From: a virus
Lineage: Duplodnaviria > Caudoviricetes
Virus record (IMG/VR): IMGVR_UViG_2831987924_000001
Strand: one strand, 5' to 3'
Length of the DNA stretch: 64,000 bases
The notes beneath the pieces were generated by a model. That model had not been told where the DNA came from. It made no database searches and saw only the letters and a program-made list of their open reading frames with translations. This document shows positions 19,618 to 29,394 of the stretch, piece by piece. Each line of letters opens with the position of its first letter. The stretch's first letter is position 1. A program made the translations under genes and the position numbers.

Positions 19618-20160
19618 TCATTGTGAAACCTCCTTCATCATCTGGTAAACTTCTTCCTTCTCATCATCCGAAACATCATATATAGATGTTATGCCTTCCT
19701 CTTTAATATATTTGTATATTTTGTATATCTTTTGATCGGCTTCAAGAAAACTGATCAGAACTTCTTTTTCATGTCGTTTTGGTTTAACTCTTAATACGAT
19801 GTCAAAGAAGTGTATTATATCTAATTCATACAATCCATTTGCATATGCAAGTTTGACTATTTCTAATTTTTCCGCAAACGAAAGTTTTTTATAAATTACT
19901 TCTGCTTGCTTGCGGCTGATAAAGTTTTTTTGTTCATAATAGCGACAAACCGACTGTATAAATTGATCATTATGATGTTTAACAGCTTCATAAATTGCTT
20001 TAGCTTTGACTCGAGCAACGAACAGCCGGAATTTTTCTTGTTCAATTTTCATGCGTTCAATCTCCGGCAACGCGACGCGCTTCCAACATTCTTTTCCGTA
20101 TGGTCGACCATTCCAAAAAAGCGGTTTTTCGATTGGACGATTACAAGCGGCACATTTCAT
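19618..20160 (-). CDS. zinc-finger hypothetical protein
   Basis: CAAC-x-R-x-I...YGKECW; promoter TTGATA-17-TATAAT at 20197-20225. Confidence 0.7.
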   Translation of the reverse strand: MKCAACNRPIEKPLFWNGRPYGKECWKRVALPEIERMKIEQEKFRLFVARVKAKAIYEAVKHHNDQFIQSVCRYYEQKNFISRKQAEVIYKKLSFAEKLEIVKLAYANGLYELDIIHFFDIVLRVKPKRHEKEVLISFLEADQKIYKIYKYIKEEGITSIYDVSDDEKEEVYQMMKEVSQ

Positions 20161-20263
20161 AATTTGTCGCTCCTTTTATATATTTTACTTACTTATATTA
20201 TACACTTATATCATATAAATATCAATACTTTTATAATTTAGTTAAATAAAAAATGGCTAGCAA

Positions 20264-20707
20264 TTAGCTAGCCATATCAAGTGGAATCATATTATGTTTA
20301 ATAAGTAAATCTAAATGTTGATTTTCGATATATTGCCATTCATTAGCATAAATTAGGTTAATCAAATCAACAAGTATCAATTCTTCGTTTTTTGTTAATT
20401 GGTTTCTGAATTTACTCCATAGTTTACGAGCTTCTTTTGTAGACATTTGCTTTAATACGTTCATTGCCTGCTTTCTTTGCTCCTCTTTTTGTTCCATTTC
20501 ATTTTTTACAAATCCTAATTGCTCCAGCTCTTTAGATACTTTTACAAAATCCTTTTTTCCGTGAATCCATTCAGGAATTTCTATGCCTGCTTGTAAGTGT
20601 CTTTTAATGAATAAATCCCATGCAGCATGCGGATCGTTGTTAGTTTTTAAAAGATATTCGGTTACTTCTTCACGCATCCACTTCATTTGTAATTTATTAC
20701 GTCTCAT
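20264..20707 (-). CDS. hypothetical protein
   Basis: 147-aa ORF, AAGGAG RBS, TTTACA-17-TATAAT at 20761-20789. Confidence 0.7.
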   Translation of the reverse strand: MRRNKLQMKWMREEVTEYLLKTNNDPHAAWDLFIKRHLQAGIEIPEWIHGKKDFVKVSKELEQLGFVKNEMEQKEEQRKQAMNVLKQMSTKEARKLWSKFRNQLTKNEELILVDLINLIYANEWQYIENQHLDLLIKHNMIPLDMAS

Positions 20708-21039
20708 TATGTACCATCTCCTTTAGATTTATTATAATTTTATTAATTCCTTTACTTATAATTATAATGTTTATTGTGATGGATGTAAAGGATATTTATA
20801 TAATTTAGATAAATAAAAATGACTTTCGGCGCTCTTTGCCGAAAGTCACGAATGACGAAACGCGAAGCGTAGCGAGCGTTGAGTTATGAGGAGAAAGGAA
20901 AAGAGTAGCGGGAAGGTGCTACTCTTGGATAGATAAAAATTTGGCTAATTACTTTCCTAATTAAGTAAAATATAAAAAAATGAACATTTAAAGGTTATTA
21001 ATACTCATCTAGTATATATAAGGTTATATTGTTCAATTT

Positions 21040-22254
21040 TTAAAATTTATGATCGAGTCGCTTCTTATCTTTATCAATCAATGTTTCTGTAAGTGTTTTA
21101 GTGTTTTCTATATACTTTTCATTTCTTCTAGCAAGCAATAGCTCGTTTTTGTTTTCGGGAAAATAATTAAAGTCGAAAAATATATCATCAATTTCCTTTG
21201 CTTTTTGGTGACGCTTTTCAGCATTTTCTATTATGCGTTCTTTAACAGCGTTATTAAGTAATTCCTCATAGATTGCCTTTTGCATTACTTCCAGTTTATT
21301 ATGTATTAATTCCTTATCTCTGTTTATGTATTTGCGATTTAATACGATATAATAAGCGTCATAATAATAAAGGATATTAGCACGCTCGAAAAGAATGTCA
21401 TTTACTTCTTTATAAAATTTATTAGCTAATCCCTTTTTATATAATTCTCTTATATAATATTTTTTCTCTTTTTCTTGTTTAGTTGCTTCTTTATAGTAAT
21501 TAGTTGTATCTATACCATACTTTTCAAGTATTTCTTTTTCAGTTTCCATGATTAATTCTATTTCTTCATCGTTTGCCTTTTTGTATCGATGTACTGGCTT
21601 TGTTGGATTAGATGGCTCGTATATATATTGTTCTCCTTCAATTTCTTGATCATTGTAAATCGGTTTTTTGTATCTCTTTACTTTTACCTTGCCTAGTTCA
21701 TTTATTTCTATTTGTGAATCTAAATAACATATTGCGGTTACATATGACCAATGTGCCAGTGATTGTTGACGTAAACGTCTTAATGCGGTTTCTATATTGC
21801 TTGTAAGTGTATTATTCGATGATTCGTAGAAATCTTTTATTTCTTCCTCTGAAATATTTATGTATTCAGATAGTTTATTAGTTTTGTCACGATAAAATAA
21901 GTAATTAGTATTAATCATTTTTAATAAGTATAAAAGTTTACTTTTTGAAAGTAATAACGTTCGTTGTTCCTGTTCCGCATATTCTGCAAAGAGATTAAGA
22001 AGTAATATTTCTATGTAATCAATATAATAAGCTGCATTGTTGCCTAATATACGCTTATCGTCTCTTTCTTTTGGCTCGTTGTATATTTCAGTAATGATAA
22101 ATTTGTGACCGTCTTTTGTATATGAGAAATAGCGTTCCCATTCTTTTAATTGTGCTTTCTTGGAGTTTCCTGCCATTACTTTTTCACCTAATACGCTGCA
22201 AAGTTCTTTGTAGTTTTTAAATGTTTGACCTGCTTTGATGTTGGATAGATTCAT
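21040..22254 (-). CDS. conserved phage protein with N-terminal KNYKELC...GNSKKAQLKE domain; probable DNA-binding protein
   Basis: 404 aa, AAGGAGG RBS, TTGACA-18-TACAAT at 22341-22370. Confidence 0.7.
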   Translation of the reverse strand: MNLSNIKAGQTFKNYKELCSVLGEKVMAGNSKKAQLKEWERYFSYTKDGHKFIITEIYNEPKERDDKRILGNNAAYYIDYIEILLLNLFAEYAEQEQRTLLLSKSKLLYLLKMINTNYLFYRDKTNKLSEYINISEEEIKDFYESSNNTLTSNIETALRRLRQQSLAHWSYVTAICYLDSQIEINELGKVKVKRYKKPIYNDQEIEGEQYIYEPSNPTKPVHRYKKANDEEIELIMETEKEILEKYGIDTTNYYKEATKQEKEKKYYIRELYKKGLANKFYKEVNDILFERANILYYYDAYYIVLNRKYINRDKELIHNKLEVMQKAIYEELLNNAVKERIIENAEKRHQKAKEIDDIFFDFNYFPENKNELLLARRNEKYIENTKTLTETLIDKDKKRLDHKF

Positions 22255-22566
22255 GAATCAACCTCCTTTTATTATATTTTAGTTTGGTGTTTGGTTTTAT
22301 TGGTGTTTAATGATCACTACTTTCTATGTGCCTAAAGTTTATTGTATAATAAAATGATGGTTGGTGTCAATGGTATTTTATAATTTGGTTAAATAAAAAA
22401 AAGCTAGTCGAGTGACTAGCTTATCTTTTCATATAATTGGTACATGTTGAATTGTTCGAGATATGAAACGATTTCTATTTTTTCGCCTTGTGGATTGAAT
22501 AGAGTTAAGCCGATGTAGTTTGTCATTGTGAACATCTCCTTGAAATGATTTGTATTGTTTACTATT

Positions 22567-22595
22567 ATTATATTGTATTTAATTAGTGAAGTCAA
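22567..22595 (-). promoter_or_regulatory. sigma-A-type promoter
   Basis: TTGACT-17-TATAAT. Confidence 0.75.
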
Positions 22596-22634
22596 ACATT
22601 TATTATAATTTTGTTAAATAAAAAAAGCAACCTT

Positions 22635-22874
22635 TTAACAAGGTTGCCCAAGTCTTTTCTTTATGTCCATTAGTCTATAGTACATTTGTTCCGCTTCTTG
22701 TTTTACTTGTTTGTAGGTTTTCCCGGCTACTTCGTTTCTATATCCTTTTATCTCGAAGTTGAATTTTGCTACTATTTGAAAATTGTAGTTTCTTGTTTCG
22801 TCTTTGTAAATTTTGCCTACTTCTTTCCCATTTACTAGCATGATGTATTCTTTACCATTTTTAATGAATTCCAT
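22635..22874 (-). CDS. small hypothetical protein
   Basis: 79-aa ORF, AAGGAG RBS, TTGACT-17-TAAAAT at 22920-22948. Confidence 0.7.
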   Translation of the reverse strand: MEFIKNGKEYIMLVNGKEVGKIYKDETRNYNFQIVAKFNFEIKGYRNEVAGKTYKQVKQEAEQMYYRLMDIKKRLGQPC

Positions 22875-22997
22875 TTGTAATAACTCCTTTATTATAATTT
22901 TAATTATTTACTTACTTATATTTTAATGCTTGCATAGTTTAAAGTCAATAGTATTATTATATTTTTATCAAATAAAAAAAGAGTAGTTTTTACTACT

Positions 22998-23354
22998 CTA
23001 TATATAACAGTATCCCAGATCATCGGCTAATTCTGATAATGTCGTATATTTTAATACTTCTTGTAAGGTTGTGCCATTTTCTATACATTCTTGCTCGATG
23101 AGTTTGATAATATCCTCATTTGTGCGTATTTGAATGATAGCAACGTCTAAACGTTCAAGGTCTGTTTTGTATGGTGCATTGTCAATGTCTTTGATGTAAC
23201 CGTAAAATATACCATTGCCTATTGAATCGGCTTGCCATGAATGATCGCATGGGAAAGGGCGTTGAGCGCAAAGGACTGTATAACCGCTTTGAAATGCTTC
23301 TTTCATTTCAGGAGTAAATGAAGGATGTAAAGGATTAATGTATAATGTTTTCAT
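22998..23354 (-). CDS. hypothetical protein
   Basis: 118-aa ORF, AAGGAGG RBS, ATGA overlap with the upstream gene. Confidence 0.75.
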   Translation of the reverse strand: MKTLYINPLHPSFTPEMKEAFQSGYTVLCAQRPFPCDHSWQADSIGNGIFYGYIKDIDNAPYKTDLERLDVAIIQIRTNEDIIKLIEQECIENGTTLQEVLKYTTLSELADDLGYCYI

Positions 23355-23692
23355 GCGATTTCCTCCTTTAAGATGTATTCAGCGATTTCACCTTTTAGTA
23401 TTATTATATTATCTTTTATTAGATCGGATAATGTGTCATATGTACGATGTCCTAACGGTTGCATGTTACGGTCAAAGTCGGTTATTTGATACGTTTTGTC
23501 ATAGAAAGATGGTGAAATGATGTAAGTTAGAAAGTCAGTTTTGATTGTGCATGCTTGGTATTTGGATAGTGTAGTGATCATTTTTTCGGTTTGCTGTTTC
23601 TCCCATGCTTTGTATTGTTGGCGATATTCTTTGTCTTTTAGGTAGCGTTTGGAGTGTTCGAGCCCTTTGAGCGGTTGAAACATGATGATCAT
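23351..23692 (-). CDS. hypothetical protein, first gene of the early array
   Basis: 113-aa ORF, AAGGAG RBS. Confidence 0.7.
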   Translation of the reverse strand: MIIMFQPLKGLEHSKRYLKDKEYRQQYKAWEKQQTEKMITTLSKYQACTIKTDFLTYIISPSFYDKTYQITDFDRNMQPLGHRTYDTLSDLIKDNIIILKGEIAEYILKEEIA

Positions 23693-23715
23693 CTCCTTTG
23701 GGTTACTTTACTATT

Positions 23716-23744
23716 ATTATAATTTAGTTTGATTTGGGAGTCAA
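23716..23744 (-). promoter_or_regulatory. sigma-A-type promoter
   Basis: TTGACT-17-TATAAT. Confidence 0.75.
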
Positions 23745-23760
23745 TACTTTTTTTATAACT

Positions 23761-23801
23761 TGTTTATAATGTGGATAAGTTTGTGGAAAGGATGTGGGTA
23801 G
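23761..23801 (-). promoter_or_regulatory. DnaA box cluster
   Basis: perfect TGTGGATAA at 23770 plus degenerate copies at 23761, 23782 and 23793. Confidence 0.45.
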
Positions 23802-24208
23802 AGTGTGAGTGAAATTTAATATCAATTTGAGATAAATTTATTATATATTTATCTTATTTTGATATTGATGTCATCGCGCTGCCTCGGCTTGTTATGAAAC
23901 CGACCAAATGACTAAATTTGTATTTTGGTCAGTTTTGTTGGGATTAAATGGGATTTTTATTGGCTGCAAGATGGATCATGTGAGAATGAAATATAAAAAT
24001 GATGGTGAGAGCAATCTCCTATATAACAAACATTATGCAGGCAATTCAAAAGGTATCCGGGGCTGTTTTACATCCTAAAAATGGAAATAAATGGAAATTT
24101 TTGGCATAGCACATTCTCTCATGCACCCTTAAAATTTTCCAGTCGATTACCAAAAAATTTTTCTAATTTCTACCAAAAATCACCCATTTTCAATCGCAAA
24201 TGCAATCG

Positions 24209-24387
24209 CAAACCCCTTGATATTCCTGCATTTTTCACACTTCCCACTTTCTCAATTTTACCCATTTTCTCCTCAAAATCCACCAAAAACCCTTGTCATA
24301 CAAGGCTTTTCACGATACACACCCATCGATTCACCTGTCTCAATCTACCCAATCATTCAAAAATCCTTGTCATATCAACATTTTCAC
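24209..24387. repeat. three direct repeats with about 75-bp period
   Basis: AAA(A)-x-CCTTG...TTTTCAC with CCTTG at 24215, 24291 and 24365. Confidence 0.6.
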
Positions 24388-24454
24388 ATATTTCACCCAA
24401 CCTCTCACGATAACCAATTTTCAACCTCACGATAAACAAAAAAAGAGTAGGTCG

Positions 24455-26665
24455 TCACCTACTCTCCATCAACATATCCTTCAAAAACGTATTTCTCTTC
24501 CCACTATGATCTATTCTAATTGCATATCTCAAAGCTCTATGTTCACACAACATAATACATCCCTTACTCGCACGGGTTATTCCAGTATACACAAATTGTC
24601 GGCTTAATAAAGTATAAGAAGAATAATCAAACACAAACAACACAATCGGAATAGTTGAACCTTGACTTCTATGACAAGTAATTGCATAAGCTAGTTCAAT
24701 TTGATCAATCTCATCTCCTTCATAACAAACCACCTCATCTATATCCTCAAATTGAATATACAACTGGTCTTTCCCAACATCTTCAGCTTTACGGACATCT
24801 ACAATGTACCCTATCGTACCATTAAAAATAGAAATATCTCCATTTTCACCAGCTTCATAATTATTACCATTTTGAATAATCTTATCTCCTGCTTTGTAGC
24901 AATAACCATTTCTTGAAATACAAGGTTTCTCATCTGGATTAAATATTTGCTGCAATTCTATATTCAATTTCTTTACACTTAGGTCGCCACGCTCTTTTAC
25001 ACCGCATATCACTTGAAAATCTTGTACTTTATTTTTATATTTTTCACTAATCAATAATACTTTATTTATTATATTTTCTTTATTCCTTTCGGACAACACA
25101 ACAAAATCCTTTAATTCTCCAAATACATGCTTACCAAATTCATCATTACCAAGAATTTGTTTCCCATCTCTAATTATATTAGCACAAGATAAAATCCCTG
25201 ACTTCTGTGCTTGGCGTTGAACAATAGTCAATTCCTGCATTGGAAACACACCAGATTGAATCAGGTCATCAAATACATTACCTGCTCCAATAGGTGATAA
25301 TTGTCCTGAATCGCCAACAATAATTACTTTTGAACCTTCTTTTACGGCAGACAATAATTGATACATGATATAGTTAGAATTCATACCTGCCTCGTCTACA
25401 ACAATGATGGGATATGGCAATTTATTATCTTGATTAAAAGTAAATCCTTTTCCGTTATATCCTAATGCTCTATGTATAGTCATTGCATTTAATCCATGAG
25501 AACTCATGATTTTAGACGCTTTGCCACTTAATGCACAACAAATATGATCGTATTGGTTAAGAATCTTTAATATCGCTTTTAACGTGAACGTTTTCCCTGT
25601 ACCTGCTTTGCCATTCAAAATAAATACATTATTTTCTACAGCTAACCGTATTGCTTGTTTTTGTTCATGGGTATATGTTACATTATTTGCTTTCTCTATA
25701 GCAGCAATTCGTTTATCAACATCTTTTACTTTAATCATGGATTCAGTTTGTAATAAATCAAACAATATTTCTTTGATTCGCTTTTCATAAAAGTAATTTC
25801 TATATAAAGCAACTTTATTGTCGGTTATGTATAGTTCTTTTTGGTCTGTATTTTTTAATTCATCAAGCAGTTTATGTATATGTACCCTATCAATCTCTAA
25901 CAATTTTTCACTTTCATTCAGCATATCCTCTAAAGTAATCCATGAATGACCATTTTGTTCTTCTTGTTCCAATATGTATTTAATTCCAGCGGTAATTCTA
26001 TTCTTATGATGTTTATCATCTCCACGATTTAATGCAAAAGCGTCCACTTTTTTAAATCCAAATCCATGTATATTTGTCAAACAATAAATATTTTCTTTAA
26101 TCTTTTTGGTAGCTAACAATGCACTTCCAAAGTGATCTAATATTTTTTGTGCTTGTTTCGGTGTTAATTTTAATTCATGCAAATCCACTAATATATCTTG
26201 AATTTCTAAGTTGCTTAATAAATCTCTTTTGATTTTTTCAAATCTCACCTTTTTAATTCCTTTAATGCCTTTATAATCGAATGTACCATCTTGAATCATA
26301 TCAATAATTTTGTGGTTTGGATATTTTGCAATAATTGCTTCTGCATATCGTGGGTGCAATATAGTGCGTATGTATAATTGTTGGTCTTCCACAGTTGTTG
26401 GTCTCTTGAATTTGACCATTACAATGTCATATCCATGTCCGTATTTTGGGTGGTTGCTTTCAGTAACAATAACATCATATTCTTTACCAACAAATAATTC
26501 AGGCATTGTGCCACGAATAGTAATATTATTGTATCGGTTTAGTTGAATTTGATCTTTATTGGTTAACGGTTTGACAGCAAATACACCAAAAGATGAATCT
26601 TCGTTATAATAAATTTTTCTATCCACCAATACCTTTAATTCTACTTCTTGTGACAATAACAACAC
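24455..26665 (-). CDS. recD2: RecD2-family SF1B helicase
   Basis: N-terminal OB-like and HhH regions, GKAGTGKT, VVDEA, YAITCHRSQG, YTGITRA. Confidence 0.9.
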   Translation of the reverse strand: MLLLSQEVELKVLVDRKIYYNEDSSFGVFAVKPLTNKDQIQLNRYNNITIRGTMPELFVGKEYDVIVTESNHPKYGHGYDIVMVKFKRPTTVEDQQLYIRTILHPRYAEAIIAKYPNHKIIDMIQDGTFDYKGIKGIKKVRFEKIKRDLLSNLEIQDILVDLHELKLTPKQAQKILDHFGSALLATKKIKENIYCLTNIHGFGFKKVDAFALNRGDDKHHKNRITAGIKYILEQEEQNGHSWITLEDMLNESEKLLEIDRVHIHKLLDELKNTDQKELYITDNKVALYRNYFYEKRIKEILFDLLQTESMIKVKDVDKRIAAIEKANNVTYTHEQKQAIRLAVENNVFILNGKAGTGKTFTLKAILKILNQYDHICCALSGKASKIMSSHGLNAMTIHRALGYNGKGFTFNQDNKLPYPIIVVDEAGMNSNYIMYQLLSAVKEGSKVIIVGDSGQLSPIGAGNVFDDLIQSGVFPMQELTIVQRQAQKSGILSCANIIRDGKQILGNDEFGKHVFGELKDFVVLSERNKENIINKVLLISEKYKNKVQDFQVICGVKERGDLSVKKLNIELQQIFNPDEKPCISRNGYCYKAGDKIIQNGNNYEAGENGDISIFNGTIGYIVDVRKAEDVGKDQLYIQFEDIDEVVCYEGDEIDQIELAYAITCHRSQGSTIPIVLFVFDYSSYTLLSRQFVYTGITRASKGCIMLCEHRALRYAIRIDHSGKRNTFLKDMLMESR

Positions 26666-26868
26666 TCTCCCTTATTATAATTTACTTAAAAAATCTATTC
26701 TACAAAATAAAAAAATCAATATAACCAACCTGCTTAATATAAAACCATTACCCAACAGACTTCACTCGATTTTTTCAATATTTATATTGAGAAAAATAAC
26801 AAAAAACCACCTCCTAACTGAATCGTATAGTATTATTATAATTTATTTAAATTAAATGTCAAGAATAA

Positions 26869-26894
26869 AAAGACCACTCGTTTTGAGTGGTCTA
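26869..26894 (-). terminator. intrinsic terminator after the FtsK cluster
   Basis: AGACCACTC/GAGTGGTCT stem with a T tract on the minus strand. Confidence 0.65.
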
Positions 26895-26900
26895 TATTGA

Positions 26901-27095
26901 TTAAGCTAATACTTTTAACATTCGCATAGCTTCATCGTAGCTGATTTCATTCCAATAGTTGTTAAGGTAAAATGCTTCTGTGTCAAAATCATATCCTAAA
27001 ACATCTCCGTTTGGTAAAATTACAAAATATCTTGTGTCACAATCCCATTCTTGTTCCCAATTTAATAAGATATACGCTTTTAATGTGTTTTCCAT
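26901..27095 (-). CDS. small hypothetical protein
   Basis: GAGGAG RBS, overlaps the FtsK stop. Confidence 0.6.
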   Translation of the reverse strand: MENTLKAYILLNWEQEWDCDTRYFVILPNGDVLGYDFDTEAFYLNNYWNEISYDEAMRMLKVLA

Positions 27096-29209
27096 TTGCT
27101 TAACTCCTCCTCATTTGCAATAATTTTATAACCCCTGCTCTCTTTTTCTAACCAGCCTTCTTCCACTAATTGTTTCATCAATTCAGCTACTTCTGCCGTC
27201 CGTATTCCCATTTGTTGTTGTAGTTCTTTTACCCTTGTTTCTTTAGTGTCGGCAATTATGCGTTTTAGCCGACAGATTGGTGGTTCTTCAATAACGGTTT
27301 CGTGTGGTACGAATTCGCCTTTTAGGTATCTCTTTAAGTTTTCAAAAAACTCCACCTCTTCATTTTCATCCAATGTAATGACAGGGGCTTGGAATCGAAT
27401 AAATTCTTCTGTTTGACCAATGTATTTCACTACACCGTCACCAAAACCAAGTAATTGATATGGGATACCTGTTCCAAATACAGTTTTATATTCATTAGAA
27501 TTGTCAAGACGGAACGAAATTCTTGAAGGAAGATTAGTTTTTATTACGCCACTCATTACTTCTTTATCAGGTCTTTGTGTACAGATAATAAGGTGAATGC
27601 CTGACGCTCTTGCTTTTTGACCAAGACGTTCAATTAGTTCTTCAACTTCTGGATGTTGCATTTTTAAATCGTTGTATTCATCTATAGCGCACACGATGTA
27701 AGGTAGTTTATTTTTATGTTGTTTATTGTAACCTGCAATATTTTTTACTTTTGCTTTAGACATTAATTCATATCTTGTTTCCATTTCATTTACTAGGAAA
27801 TTTAATGTATTAACTGCTTCAGTCATATCAGTTACAACTTTTTCAACATGAGTAACACCTTCATATTGAGTAAATTCTACTTTTTTTGGATCAATGAGAT
27901 ACATTTTTAATTCTTTTGGTGAACGTAATAAAATGAGTGTAATAAGTAATGCATTAACAAATATAGATTTTCCACTGTTAGTTGCTCCGGCTATCAGTAA
28001 ATGTGGGGCTTTTGTTAAACATTTGAATACAGGTTGATTATACATATCTATTCCACATGTGAACGGTAACGGATTTTCTTCTGCAAATTTAATAAAATCA
28101 TGGTTTTCAAGGATTGTTTTAAGATAAATAATATCACGTTGCTTGCAAGGGATAAGGAATGTAATTGTATTCGGTTCATTCCCTTGAATGATAGATAAAT
28201 CAGTTGCCATTGCTGCTTTGATGTCTTCATATCGTCTTTTGATGTCGGAATACACTAATCCTTTTGGAATCTTAAAGGTGACTCGCTGTACAGTTGCGCC
28301 TAGTTCTGTGTCAATGATTTCAATTTTATGATCTTTGATTACTTTTGCTTTTTGTAATGCTTTTGGAATTTCATAAATCAACTCTTCATCTAATTGTCTC
28401 TCCATTTTTTGACCAATCGGCAATAATTGAATAGCTGATTGATGTGTAGATATAATTTCAATGGTTTCTGTTTCTTGTTTTTGTTCAATTGTTTTACTGA
28501 TTTCATCACATAATAATGCTTTGATTTCATGCTCAGATAAGATTTGTCTGTAAGTGTTGTCAAATATTCGATTGGTAGTAAGTTGATGCAAATTCGGCTC
28601 TTTTTCTATAACAAATTCATTATAATAACTTAGTTTATTGAAGATAGTTTGGATTGTTGATATATCTTCATCAACAAACAGTCGGATGTTGAAAAAGTAA
28701 CAACATGATAATATTTTTTCTTCGGCTTCTAAAATGCGCTCTCTTTGCTCGATTTCTGTGAACCTTTCTAAGAAAGATATGACTTTTTTCTGCCCCTTTC
28801 GTATCCATTTGTTGTAACTAGGTGAATCTAATCCGTTTAGATAATCTTCATATTGATCTAAAATGTTGAACATTTGATTTTGGTTTGCTTTTTTAAATAG
28901 AAATTGTATGAATATAGGTTTACCTTGTAGTTTAGAAAACAATTGTATGGTTTGGTCGTGTAGTAACGGTAAGAATGTAGGGAATGCTAATCGTATAGAA
29001 TAGCTAGTTGAAGGTAAATTTTCAAAAGTACAATTGTTAGCGGCTTCTTGAATACGGATATACGGGGGCGTGATTAAACATAAATCACGCCCATTGTATT
29101 CTACACCCCATACACCAGTTAATTTGGAATTGAATATTTTCATTAACAGTTCTTCATCAATTTTATCTATTTGCCAAGTTTTATAGTTCGTTTTAATATC
29201 GGTTAACAT
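27080..29209 (-). CDS. FtsK/SpoIIIE-family DNA translocase ATPase
   Basis: PHLLIAGATNSGKS, IDPKKVEF, IDEY, KARASGIHLIICTQRP; C-terminal wHTH. Confidence 0.9.
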   Translation of the reverse strand: MLTDIKTNYKTWQIDKIDEELLMKIFNSKLTGVWGVEYNGRDLCLITPPYIRIQEAANNCTFENLPSTSYSIRLAFPTFLPLLHDQTIQLFSKLQGKPIFIQFLFKKANQNQMFNILDQYEDYLNGLDSPSYNKWIRKGQKKVISFLERFTEIEQRERILEAEEKILSCCYFFNIRLFVDEDISTIQTIFNKLSYYNEFVIEKEPNLHQLTTNRIFDNTYRQILSEHEIKALLCDEISKTIEQKQETETIEIISTHQSAIQLLPIGQKMERQLDEELIYEIPKALQKAKVIKDHKIEIIDTELGATVQRVTFKIPKGLVYSDIKRRYEDIKAAMATDLSIIQGNEPNTITFLIPCKQRDIIYLKTILENHDFIKFAEENPLPFTCGIDMYNQPVFKCLTKAPHLLIAGATNSGKSIFVNALLITLILLRSPKELKMYLIDPKKVEFTQYEGVTHVEKVVTDMTEAVNTLNFLVNEMETRYELMSKAKVKNIAGYNKQHKNKLPYIVCAIDEYNDLKMQHPEVEELIERLGQKARASGIHLIICTQRPDKEVMSGVIKTNLPSRISFRLDNSNEYKTVFGTGIPYQLLGFGDGVVKYIGQTEEFIRFQAPVITLDENEEVEFFENLKRYLKGEFVPHETVIEEPPICRLKRIIADTKETRVKELQQQMGIRTAEVAELMKQLVEEGWLEKESRGYKIIANEEELSKWKTH

Positions 29210-29315
29210 CTGCTTTCATTCCTTTGATGACGTTATTGCTAAAAATCATCAATACAGTTAGATTTGTAACGATCATTGTTGTATTAAGAATCAAGATTAC
29301 CTCTAATCCAGTCAT
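29193..29315 (-). CDS. 40-aa single-pass membrane peptide, not in the ORF track
   Basis: AAGGAG RBS; MTGLEVILILNTTMIVTNLTVLMIFSNNVIKGMKADVNRY; overlaps the FtsK start. Confidence 0.6.
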   Translation of the reverse strand: MTGLEVILILNTTMIVTNLTVLMIFSNNVIKGMKADVNRY

Positions 29316-29394
29316 TATTTTTCACTCCTTATTGTTTATTTTTAAGTCTTTCTAAATTTTTCTTAATCAATTATTCAATGTACTCTTTTTCTTC

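Noticed and set aside
24081-24607. Three overlapping plus-strand ORFs
   Set aside because: Low-complexity translations of a C-rich repeat region, with no RBS.
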